Positions 40,630-51,050 of a stretch of DNA of 64,000 nt are shown piece by piece. Source of the DNA: Callorhinchus milii (lineage: Eukaryota). The stretch spans positions 24,802,001 to 24,866,000 of the forward strand of contig NW_024704742.1 of NCBI RefSeq assembly GCF_018977255.1, given 5' to 3'. Each line of letters opens with the position of its first letter. Within the stretch, counting starts at the first letter, position 1. The notes below the pieces were generated by a model. That model did no database searches, was not told the origin of the DNA, and saw nothing but the letters and a program-made list of their open reading frames with translations. The position numbers were made by a program, and so were the translations under genes.

Positions 40630-40900
40630 GACGCTGTGGCACACGCACCACTGACAATCGCTCCTCCGGCCTCACCTCCGCCATGTCAGCTCTCCGCGAC
40701 CAACCGCCCGCCCGCCCCACAATGCACTGCGACACCCCCCCCCCCCCCTCTCTCGCTCGGACCATCGCGAGATTTCCAGCCCGCGCGCCCGCCCCCCCAC
40801 CACCAGGCTCAACCCAGCCCGTTTGGGCGGGTTCACGCCCGATTGGGCGGGTTTTTTGTTGTTGTTGTTGTTGTTGCGGTCGCTGTTAACAACAGGGCAT
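40630..40900. promoter_or_regulatory. CpG-rich PLRG1 promoter
   Basis: GC-rich, with GC boxes (GGGCGG) and ATTGG (CCAAT on the minus strand) upstream of exon 1. Confidence 0.7.
40676..40684 (-). CDS. PLRG1: PLRG1 coding exon 1 (MAE)
   Basis: gacATGGCGGAG|gtgag inside a CpG-rich promoter region; in phase with exon 2. Confidence 0.85.
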
Positions 40901-43900
40901 GAAAAACGCCTTTGCGGGATGAGTGTCTTTTTTTTTTAAAAAAATGTTTCATTTAAACCTGCAAAACGTTTGGGTTTTTCTTCTTTGAGGACCTTTTCTG
41001 GCACAGTTTCAAAATCGCTGACCTAAATTGGCCACTCTCTTACCCACGAGCAGACGAGGCGTAATACTGGGCTACTTTTGGACCGGCATCTGATTGACTT
41101 TTTTTCTACAGACTCTTTTAATTTCTGGCAACTCTGCTACCCAGCACTTTACCCTTGCAAGCATCCGGTAACAGGCAGAGGAGGAGACTGGATCATCTCT
41201 TACATTTTATAATAACAACAACTTGCAGGATAGCATCTCGGAGCACTTAACAGTAATGTCCAATTCAATGTCTAAATTAATCCACCAAAAGGTATCCGGG
41301 TACCTCTGTACCGTTGCCGAGCGGAGAGAGTCGATAAAGTTGTTGACAGTCGTCTTAAGTCTTAGTCTTGATCTTTTTTCTTTAGAAGCTGGAATATGGT
41401 TTGGGACTCGCAAGTTCCAACTCCCAATCTCTTCTAATTCTCTTCCCGAATCGATCTCTCTTTCTCCAGTTTGTAGATGACAATTCACCTACTTCATCTT
41501 TCACAAGATGTCTCTACTTTGTCTCTACTTTTCCCTCTGAAAAAAATGGGAGTAAGCCCCCACCCTTCTCAGGCAGGCTGTTTTCCAATGAGAAAAGAAC
41601 TGATAGGGAGAAAGAGAGATGGACAACTTTTTTTTGTTTTGGCAGTTCTCTGCGTGTAATCAGAAGCTGACCTTCGCCGGGTCAAAAAAATATACATTTA
41701 TCTTCGCTAACTCTAATCAGCACATGTATCCTCTCAGGAGCCCTAAACTAGTCATTAAACCAAATAACTTTATGTAAGGATTATAGGTAGGTTACATTCT
41801 AAAAGAATATAAAAATTAATTAAAAGCCTTAAAAAACATCAAGCATCACAAATCTAATTTCAGATAATATTTAATTCATTAGTTACAGAATCCTCACACT
41901 AGGTGTCAGGTTTGATCCACAGTAGTACTTCTGGTCCCTGACCAGGACCGCCTTCCTCCACTTCCACCACATTACCTGCCTTTGACTGTACCTTATCCTA
42001 GGTGCAGCCGAAACACTTGTCCATGCCTTCGTCACCTCCTGACTTCAGAATCCACCTGATCCAAAACTTGGCCGATCGTATACTCACATTGCATACTAAA
42101 CATGTGAAGCGTTGTTAAATCAGATTATAGTTAGGTTGATGTGAAGACTACATTTATCATCTTAGACTATGTGATTCCAAGTCCTGATATAGGGCTCAAA
42201 CCCACAACCTTCTAATTCAGAGGCAAGAGTGCTACCACTGAGTCAGACTAGACTCAAATTTAAATTCACAAGTGCCTTGGCTCTTGACATGGGTATGCCC
42301 CTACAGAGACAGAGTGCATATTCTATTCCAGACAAAGGGAAATTTCCATATGTAACTGGCATATCTGACAATCTCAGTCAGGTTTGGATATTCTTAAGCA
42401 TGGAATGGGTTTCTGCGTACAACCATCTGACCCAAAATATCAAATGTGACCAAAAATATCAAATGTGGGCAAAAATGAGCCAATATTTTGCTAGCTATTA
42501 GTCTACATATCAGATTTATTAAACTGCCATTTTTACTAGAAATCACAAGAATGGTTTGTGTTATGAATGTAAATATCACACGGATGCAATAGTAGATAGG
42601 CTTTTGAGGAGGAAAGATATACTGTAGAGGACCAATGGATGAAATCAGTGCGAAGGGGGTTTTAACCTGCAACTGATTTGACCTGGGTGTGTTTGAGACT
42701 GGCAGTGAGTATCAGGATTGAGTAATGTTCCAGGCGCAATTAAATCTAGTAATTTCTGATTAAATTCTACTTATAGATTTGAAACAAATGGGTAATTTTT
42801 GCGGTATTAATGGATTTCTTCATCAGGAAATTTGAATGGGGACTCCTTCCAGTAAATGGAGGTACATTGCACACATCACTCCACTCAAATAAAGTCCCCT
42901 CCAAAACTAGATTGAGCTGTAAAAGTATTATCAAAAGTTGGCATCATGCACTTTCAGCTTTCTTAATTTAAAAATCAATTTGCAATACTGCAAAATTCAT
43001 CCCAAGGTATGTAACTGTTTTGATATTCCTATTGGGTATTGCAGTCTAATCCACTATATAGCAAAAGAAAGATTATCAATCGCTACAGAGTGCTAATTTC
43101 ATGATTCTAGTCAAGTGTGTGCAAGTGAGGATGTATTGAGCAGAAATTTGAAATCCTCTATAATACTAAGCCTTCCATTTGATATAAAGCATCATCACAT
43201 CTTTGACTGTCTCAAAGCACTTCATAGAATATACTGTAAAATTAATTGTCTGTATATTTTGTGACCGAAACGCAGCAGCCAATTGCACACAGCAGTGTCA
43301 CAAAACTATATACTTGGAAGTTAACTTTAAATTCAACCAAAAGGATTTTTTTTGTAACTGCTGCTCAGAAAGACAAGGTGCGAGCTGACCAGAAATGACC
43401 AGGAAGAGAAGAAAGAAGCTTTATCTCTTTGTTGCATAAATCATTTTATTGATGAGCATCGGGTAAGCACAACTTAAATTAGGTAATAACGGGGATGAGT
43501 TTATTGTAGAACCAATGACGATGAATGAAAATCTGTTCGGGAAGTTGCCTTGTCTGTCTTTATGTGCTGCAGAATGAAACAAGGACACATTAAAATTCTG
43601 TAGAAAGCATATTGTAGTTTTCAAAAGAGAAATGGAACAAAATCAGTCCAACCAGCATTACATTTTACGTCACATAGATAGATAACCAGAACTTCTCCTT
43701 CATGTTTGTTTTCCTCCCTTCTCAGCTATACCCCTATTGGAATTTTGATGGACTGTTTTATTGGTCCCATCCATTGTCATTGGATTTTCTATTATCGTCA
43801 GTCAAAGAGAGCAGAATCAAATCTCAAGGATGGTGTGAGTTAAAACCTTTTGGGGCATAATTCATTTGGAGTTCACTAACCTCATTAACTAATACAGAAA

Positions 43901-45818
43901 ATTCTTTCTGTGCTGTAAATTTCGATGATTCTGTGACTGACTGGATATAGAGTTAGAAAGACAGCTGTGGGTTGAACAAAATGTCTCTGTATATGCTTAT
44001 CTAATTCATAGGAACATAGGAATTAGGAGCAGAAGTAGACCAATCGGCCCCTCGAGCCTACCCCACCATTCAATAAGATCATGGCTGATCTTCTAACCTA
44101 ACTCCATCTGCCCACCTTTTGCCCATATCCCTTAATCCCTCTATCCTTTATAAATCTATCAATCTCAGTCTTGAGCATCTACAGCCTGCTGGGGTAAAGA
44201 ATTCCATAACTTATTTTTTAAATTCTCCCAATTGACGCTGCTTCAACAGACATTCTTCAAAACAAGCCTCCTAACTTCTTTCACATTTTGAATTAGAATT
44301 TTAAATTTGTACTTTCTGATCCTTAAATCATCTACCAGCAGAAACAGTTCTTCACAATTTATCCTCTCAAATCATTTCATTATCTTAATCATCTCTACCA
44401 CATCACCCTTCAATCTACTCTACTCCAGTGGAAAAAGTCCTATTCTGTCCAATCCTGAAGAGTTACCCAGAGGAATAGAGCATAAGTTCCTTTAAGACCC
44501 ATCTCAAGACCTTCCTGTTTGATCATGTTTTGGATCACCCTGCTTTCCCCCTGCCCTCTATCCTCCCCAATCCCGCCCCCAGCTCTGGTCCAAAACACTG
44601 ACTGTCCAGCACCTTGGGACATCCTCCCAACGTGAAAGGCACTATGCAAATGTAATTTTATTGTTGTTGTAAATCACAGGAGATGATACTGAACAAGGAT
44701 CGATCACTGGTTCATCCCCATCTGGATTATCCAAATTTGGCCATTATATTACAATAAGGACATCTCGGTATTGGAAAGGGTACAGTGAAGAGCAATTATA
44801 TTTATGGTCGGAATTGTAGGTGGAGATATGAGGAGAGACTAAACAAGCTGAGAATGTACACATCTGTGAAGATAAGGCTCAAGTGAATCCTTTTTGATGA
44901 ATTCAAAATCGTAAATTGAACTCTAATAATAATGATCCTTGTATTTGATCTAGTGCCTTCTCACATCAACTTAACATCAAAAAGCGCAATATAGGATTTA
45001 TTGTATAGTGACTGTCTATTTGGAGAGCAAACATCACAGCCAATTTGCTTACAGGACACAACCATGAAGTGAATGACCAATTTTTATCTGGAGGATTCTT
45101 GGCGAGGATACTGAGGAAAACCCCTTTTCTTTTTGAATAGTACCATTGGATCTTTAATGTATAGCTCAACAGGTAGTCGGAACCTCAGTTTCATATCTCA
45201 TCTGAAGAATGACACTTAATAAATCTTTGCACGTGATATAGGGAGGATGTCTCAAAATGTTTCATAGGATTTACTCTGATGTGTATTTTGTAGACTTCTG
45301 ACAATGCTTCAACACTGTATTGGAGTTTCAGCCTAGGCTCTGAACTTAAAATCCCAATCATATGTTGAAAATGGTCATAAACTCTACCACAAACAGTCAG
45401 CAATCAAGCACAAAAGAAACTTTGATTGAATTACACAGAGAGACCGTGGTGAATATATATAAGGCACTACTGATGGAGGCAGATTGGGCCATAAAATTCA
45501 AGCGGGAATTAGATAGTCATATGTTAAAGAAATTGGTTGAGGGGCTTTACAGATATTAATATGTATATTTTTTTCAATAGTTTGGATGGTCTACAAGGTT
45601 TTTTGTTTCTTACCTCATTCTGTACAATAGCGTGATCCAACTGGAGGCCCAAGGGCCGATTTCACCCCCCCCCCCCCCTTCCTTCCAACCCATTTCATCT
45701 GTCCCTCAGCAGCCAAAAGAGTGGCCTACCCTGCACATTAAAAAAAAGCAGTCTCAAAGCATACTTAATCGACTTACCTTTCCCAATGTAGCTTTCATGC
45801 TATATCTTGTTATTTCTA

Positions 45819-47879
45819 TTAGATGTGACCTTTCCGGTCAGGAATATCTTCTCCTCTTTCATCCATAGACATGCGTTGCATGGCACTTTTTAACCTTCTT
45901 TGAATTGATTGTTGATCTGGAGAGTCACCTCCTTGGGTGGACCAGGATACTGAATGTGTTGTACGACTTCCAACAACTGAACTATCTCCATCGCTTACAC
46001 TACCACCGGCGTCAGGTAGTGGCTGTCTCGGATCAAAAGTATGAAAATCCCTGAATTCTTCGAACCTTGCAAAGGGATCGAAATCATCTGTGCCTCTCAC
46101 TGCATGACTTTCAGTAACAATAGAGTGTTTGCCTGTTTTGGTGCCTGAGGATGTTAAAGCACTAAAATCACGTGTACTTCCACCTTTACCTGTTTTAGTT
46201 CCTGTTACTGTTGTAAGCCTCCTGGACCCCATACCTGTGGTCCCAGGTTCTGTCCCAGATTGTAATCTAAGTCTGTCAAAATGTGAGCCCATAAATTCCG
46301 GAAATTCCGAAATTTCAGGAAAACCATCTGAGCCGCTTGTCATTGTGACTCTTTCAGTGGTTTTGCCATTTTTTGTAACAGTTGTTTTTGTGTAGGTTCT
46401 GGAACCATGTGTTGTGTGGAACCGTGTATCATCAATATCACCTCTGCCTCCTGTACCCTCTCCAAGACCATGTGCAACTCTGCTTTCTTCCCTACCACCG
46501 TCCCCAATTACTATGCCACTTGTCTGTTTCCGATCAACAGTGTGAAAATAACTGTGATCTGAAAAAGGTTCAGGTGTCCCAGCAACACCCCTGCTACTAC
46601 CCACCAGTCCACCACCTAATGAGGTTGTGGAGCCTGCCTGATGATGAAACGATCCATCTGTTTTGGTTGAGTAGCTTGTACCAGAGGTAGAAGCCCCACC
46701 TCTTTTGGGAAAGTAACCTGTATCAGAGGTAGAAACCCTATCTCTTGTGTGTAAGTAGTCTGTACCAGAGGTGGAAGCCCCACCTCCTGTGGTTGAGTAG
46801 CTTGTACCAGAGGTAGAAGTCCCATCTCTTGTGGGTAAGTGACCTGTATCAGAGGTAGAAACCCTATCTCTTGTGTGTAAGTAGTCTGTACCAGAGGTGG
46901 AAGCCCCACCTCTTGTGGTTGAGTAGCTTGTACCAGAGGTAGAAGTCCCATCTCTTGTGGGTAAGTAACCTCCTGTATCAGAGGTAGAAACTCTATCTCT
47001 TGTGTGTAAGTAGTCTGTACCAGAGGTAGAAGCCCCACCTCCTGTGGTTGAGAAGCTTGTACCAAAGGTAGAACCCCTATCTTTTGTGGGAAAGTAACCT
47101 GTATCAGAGGTAGAAACCCTATCTCTTGTGTGTAAGTAGTCTGTACCAGAGGTGGAAGCCCCACCTCTTGTGGTTGAGTAGCTTGTACCAGAGGTAGAAG
47201 TCCCATCTCTTGTGGGTAAGTAACCTGTATCAGAGGTAGAAACTCTATCTCTTGTGTGTAAGTAGTCTGTACCAGAGGTAGAAGCCCCACCTCCTGTGGT
47301 TGAGAAGCTTGTACTAAAGGTAGAACCCCTATCTTTTGTGGGAAAGTAACCTGTATCAGAGGTAGAAACTCTATCTCTTGTGTGTAAGTAGTCTGTACCA
47401 GAGGTAGAAGCCCCACCTCCTGTGGTTGAGTAGCTTGTACCAGAGGTAGAAGCCCCACCTTTTGTGGGAAAGTAACCTGTATCAGAGGTAGAAACCCTAT
47501 CTCTTGTGTGTAAGTAGTCTGTACCAGAGGTAGATGCCCCACCTCTTATGGGTGTGGAGGTTGCACTATGAATGGAAGCCTCACTTCCACCTTTAGGAGT
47601 TTCTTCTAGGGAAAATATTTGGAAATCTCTTTCAGCCCAGAATTCAGGATATCTACTGTCAGTCATTCCAGATTTATGAAGAGAGTCTGGATCAGATTCC
47701 TTCAAACTCCTCATTTTGAACACGTGCGTTGGCTTTGAGTATTCAATCCTGTCGACTGACATGCTATGTAATGATCCGAGTTTTTTGTCCAATTGGGCGT
47801 CACTCTCCCCGCTGATGCTGTAGGCAAAGGACTTGGCACAAGATCCTTTGCAGGATCGTATCTTGATGTCAATGTCAAC
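45819..47879 (-). CDS. FGA: Fibrinogen alpha-type chain, exon 5 (second disulfide ring, alphaC repeats, alphaC region, stop)
   Basis: ag|VDIDIKIRSCKGSCAKS... open for 686 codons to TAA at 45821-45819. Confidence 0.93.
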   Translation of the reverse strand, partial: VDIDIKIRSCKGSCAKSFAYSISGESDAQLDKKLGSLHSMSVDRIEYSKPTHVFKMRSLKESDPDSLHKSGMTDSRYPEFWAERDFQIFSLEETPKGGSEASIHSATSTPIRGGASTSGTDYLHTRDRVSTSDTGYFPTKGGASTSGTSYSTTGGGASTSGTDYLHTRDRVSTSDTGYFPTKDRGSTFSTSFSTTGGGASTSGTDYLHTRDRVSTSDTGYLPTRDGTSTSGTSYSTTRGGASTSGTDYLHTRDRVSTSDTGYFPTKDRGSTFGTSFSTTGGGASTSGTDYLHTRDRVSTSDTGGYLPTRDGTSTSGTSYSTTRGGASTSGTDYLHTRDRVSTSDTGHLPTRDGTSTSGTSYSTTGGGASTSGTDYLHTRDRVSTSDTGYFPKRGGASTSGTSYSTKTDGSFHHQAGSTTSLGGGLVGSSRGVAGTPEPFSDHSYFHTVDRKQTSGIVIGDGGREESRVAHGLGEGTGGRGDIDDTRFHTTHGSRTYTKTTVTKNGKTTERVTMTSGSDGFPEISEFPEFMGSHFDRLRLQSGTEPGTTGMGSRRLTTVTGTKTGKGGSTRDFSALTSSGTKTGKHSIVTESHAVRGTDDFDPFARFEEFRDFHTFDPRQPLPDAGGSVSDGDSSVVGSRTTHSVSWSTQGGDSPDQQSIQRRLKSAMQRMSMDERGEDIPDRKGHI
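46653..47537 (-). repeat. Coding tandem repeat in the alphaC connector: 21 x 42-nt units arranged as 7 x 126-nt triplets
   Basis: ASTSGTDYLHTRDR / VSTSDTGY(F/L)PT(K/R)xx / xSTxxTS(Y/F)STTxGG repeated seven times. Confidence 0.95.
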
Positions 47880-48829
47880 CTAACAGGAAAACAGAAGAAA
47901 ACAGTCATTGTTAATAGAAAAAAAATGAGGTGAAATATCATGTTTGTCTCAATTTATACTGCAGCACTATACAGTTTGTTCAGGGATGACCTCCCTTCCC
48001 CCCACCCCACCCCTGGCCAAGGACAGAGCCATTCAAAAGAGGAGTCATGGACACCACAAAATTTACAGTCAATTCACTTTACAGTATATCCTATGAAGCG
48101 CTTTGAGACATCTCGAAGACGTGATAAGGAATTCTATCAAATACAAGGATTATTATTATAGACCGGCCAGCCTGGCTCATCAGCTGGACTTGAACGGACA
48201 GACTAGTCACCGGGGGCAGTAATTCTTCTCACTCAGCTCCTGTTAATTCTGCAGCACTAATGGGTAAAGTGGTTCTAGCTGGACAAGCAGTGGGAAGCTT
48301 GTTATATAGTTATAATAATGATCCTTTCATTGATTTAACACTTTTCACATTGGGAGGACATCTCATAGCGCTTCACAAGATACACTGTAAAGTGCAGTGA
48401 CTGTATGTTTTGTGGCAGGTTATGCTGTTTTAACTGGTTAAATTACAAAACGTGCCCCAATACACACTCTGGGTTTGTAGATTTCTTGCCAACCTGTGCC
48501 TAATACTCTCTAGATTTAGGTAAAGAGAGTGAGTCCCTACACAGAGAGAGTTTGCATTCCATAAGGGGCATTTTTACGTGTTAGTGGTGTGTACAAGTCC
48601 TCTCAGACTGGTTTGGCTATGCTTAAGCATGGTAATGGGTTTCCACACATAACAGAGTCCCTGCTGTAAATCTGCTGCTGTTCACAAATGTACTCAGTTC
48701 ATAACCCTCACGATAAAGAAACAAATACCATTTTAACAGCTGTTCCCATAGTAATACTGTTCTTTCAGGGGGAAAAAAAACATGAGTAAAAGTATTCTCA
48801 AATTTCAACAAAAAAACCTTGTCATTTAC

Positions 48830-48975
48830 CTCCAGTCGGGTGATTTCTTTGAATTGTTCGAATATACCTCTTTTCAGAGATTGTATTTTGGTGGTTTGAC
48901 GATTGATTCTCTCCTGCAAGCTGAGAAGTCGGGTCTTGAGTGAATCCACCAGCTGATAGTAGGTAGTACCAGAGT
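48830..48975 (-). CDS. FGA: Fibrinogen alpha-type chain, exon 4 (coiled coil)
   Basis: DSGTTYYQLVDSLKTRLLSLQERINRQTTKIQSLKRGIFEQFKEITRLE; 146 nt, phase 1/0. Confidence 0.95.
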
Positions 48976-49014
48976 CTAAAGGTGCAGAAAAAGACAATAA
49001 TTCGATTAGAAACG

Positions 49015-49316
49015 TTTTGAATCCCGGGCAGGGTGAAACCTTACACAAGTTTCCCTACTCCACACGCCTCTGTTTACCTAGTAGTAAGTAGAAAACCGGT
49101 TGTTAGTTGATTGGTTAGCTTTCCGGGGTAATCATCCCTCAAAAAAATCTGGTCACTCAATCCACAACTGTTTGTGGGATACTGCTATGTGTAATTGTCT
49201 GCCGCTTTTCACCCACAAAATAGACAATCAATCCTCTTTTCAGTATATTCTCTGAAGCAATTTGAGACATCTCAATGAGTGATTGGGCATTATATCAAAT
49301 TCAAGGATTATTATTC
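49015..49316 (+). mobile_element. tRNA-derived SINE filling most of FGA intron 3
   Basis: Family body and tail; head truncated. Confidence 0.8.
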
Positions 49317-49359
49317 AAACAACGTTATGAAATGGACGGGCAGTAGAGGAAACTCTCAC

Positions 49360-49543
49360 CTCCCACTTCGTTCAGAGTTTCCCTGATTCTTCTGGCCGCA
49401 TCGGTGACGCTCACATGGGTAGATCCATATATTTTTGAGTAGTCGTCCAACATCTGTCGAATCTTCCTTACTCTGTCAGCCGTTTTGCGATCTTCATGGT
49501 CCATCAGCCCTTGGATTCGGCATCCGGATGGGCATTTCGGACC
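49360..49543 (-). CDS. FGA: Fibrinogen alpha-type chain, exon 3 (disulfide ring, coiled coil)
   Basis: GPKCPSGCRIQGLMDHEDRKTADRVRKIRQML...; 184 nt, phase 0/1. Confidence 0.95.
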
Positions 49544-49762
49544 CTGTGCCAAGTAATTCAGATTTTTTTTAAAAAATTGCTTTGCAACATGTCATTCATT
49601 CAATGCATGACATTGAATGAATGATATAAAAAGTAGTTTCAGACACAAAAAATAGAATCAATTCACTTCACAGTATATTCTCCTCGAAGAAATGATAAAG
49701 TGCTATATGAAATTCAAGTAATTATTATTGATCTCGCAAACCGAGATCTAAATGCCACCTAC

Positions 49763-49882
49763 CCAGTCCTCATCAGAGCACAAAGAGAAGCCACTCTCAT
49801 CTGAGCATCCCAGTTTAGTAGATCTACTGCGATCTTTGGCTTGTGTAGGGCGGGCTCCTCGAGCTGTCAGCTGGGATTCTGA
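49763..49882 (-). CDS. FGA: Fibrinogen alpha-type chain, exon 2 (fibrinopeptide A, knob, N-terminal cysteines)
   Basis: SESQLTAR-GARPTQAKDRSRSTKLGCSDESGFSLCSDEDW|gtagg; the CSDEDW motif is typical of alpha chains. Confidence 0.9.
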
Positions 49883-50137
49883 CTGAGAGAAAACATCAAA
49901 AGTAAGGTTCGTCTTTGCAGATCAAATGTCTATTTCTATCTAAGATTTTTACTGAATCAAACAAGGTTCGTAAGGAAGATCTGATACACGTTTCACTCAC
50001 TCAAAGCCTTGATCGTTTGTTTCTAAGTGGTACCAAAGAAATACGATTGGTGTTTAACTGTGTCTTTTCTGTGCTGGTCAAAGTAAATGAGTGAAATCCG
50101 CCTTTCGGCAGTGTGCAGAGCAAGAAGGGAAACCCAC

Positions 50138-50191
50138 CCAGTGTAGAAGCGTGCAGCATACTAACAACCCCAGCACCAGAGCCGATCTCAT
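50138..50191 (-). CDS. FGA: Fibrinogen alpha-type chain, exon 1 (signal peptide)
   Basis: MRSALVLGLLVCCTLLHW|gtggg. 54 coding nt ending in Trp, as recalled for FGA exon 1. Confidence 0.85.
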
Positions 50192-50327
50192 CTTTCCTAT
50201 TGCTCAGTAGACCTGAAGGAGATGTCTCTCCTGTCTCCCTTTCATCCAATTTGAATCTCAACAAGATCTGTGATGTCAGTTAGTGTGTGTATGTGTGTGG
50301 GAGAGGGGAGGGGGGGAGGGAGTGTCC

Positions 50328-50356
50328 TGTTTACGCAGAACTTGTCAATTATTTAC
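50328..50356 (-). promoter_or_regulatory. Candidate FGA promoter elements (forkhead TGTTTAC; HNF1-like GTCAATTATTTAC)
   Basis: Motif matches 140-165 nt upstream of the ATG. The HNF1-like site has 2 mismatches to GTTAATNATTAAC. Confidence 0.4.
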
Positions 50357-50601
50357 CACCCATTGCTTACACAATTTATCCCTCGTATCTGTGACCTTTC
50401 CAGTATGTCTGCTGACACATCCAAGGTCTCAAAGCTTTTCCAAACTCCTGCACAAGCATGTCATGTGCAAAACAGGATTGCTCCACTCCAAATGATGTGG
50501 TCAGCTCTCTGGGATGGGAAAAAAATGGATGATTTAGTCCATGTAGAATTGTCCTACCGCACTAGGACTGTGAATGCCAAGGTTGAGCATCCACATCCAC
50601 A

Positions 50602-51050
50602 CCTTGGGCAAGTTTCCTCACTCCACACGCCTAATAATAATCCCTCCAAAACCAAAAACAATAATAAATTGGTCATTTTCAATCTACGACTGTTTGTGGG
50701 ACATTGCTGTGCGCAATTGGCTGCCGCGTTCGCCCACAAATATACAGTCAATTCACTTTACAGTGTGTTCTGTGAAGCGCTTTGGGACGTCCTCCCGACG
50801 TGAAAAGCGCTATATCAAATGCAAGGATTATTATTATTATCTCCAAGTCTCATTAATAATAATAATCCTTGCATTTGATATAGCGCCTTATCACATCTTC
50901 AAGATGTCTCAAAACGCTTTACAGAATATACTGTTAAGTGAATTGATTGTATATTTTGTGGGTGAAACGCAACAGCCAATTGCACATAGCAGTGTCCCCC
51001 AAACAGTCGTGGATTGAGTGACCAAATTATTTTTATTTACTTTTGAAGGA
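50602..51050. mobile_element. Two SINEs tail-to-tail (plus 50602-50840; minus about 50853-51050) upstream of FGA
   Basis: Family body followed by a reverse-complement copy after a short spacer. Confidence 0.85.

Noticed and set aside
41207..41488. Minus-strand ORF containing FWW, tested as an alpha-E remnant
   Set aside because: No fibrinogen-domain motifs (DC..., GGW, FWLGN, WWY) in the provided translation; other frames were only checked by eye.
46653..47537. CRISPR-like appearance of regularly spaced repeats
   Set aside because: Eukaryotic coding tandem repeat with no unique spacers and no cas genes.
46616..47542. 308-aa repetitive ORF in an alternate frame of FGA exon 5
   Set aside because: By-product of the 42-nt repeat lacking stops; no independent promoter or splice support.
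50001..50264. 87-aa ORF over the FGA 5' end
   Set aside because: Out-of-frame overlap of the real 54-nt signal-peptide exon and intron 1.
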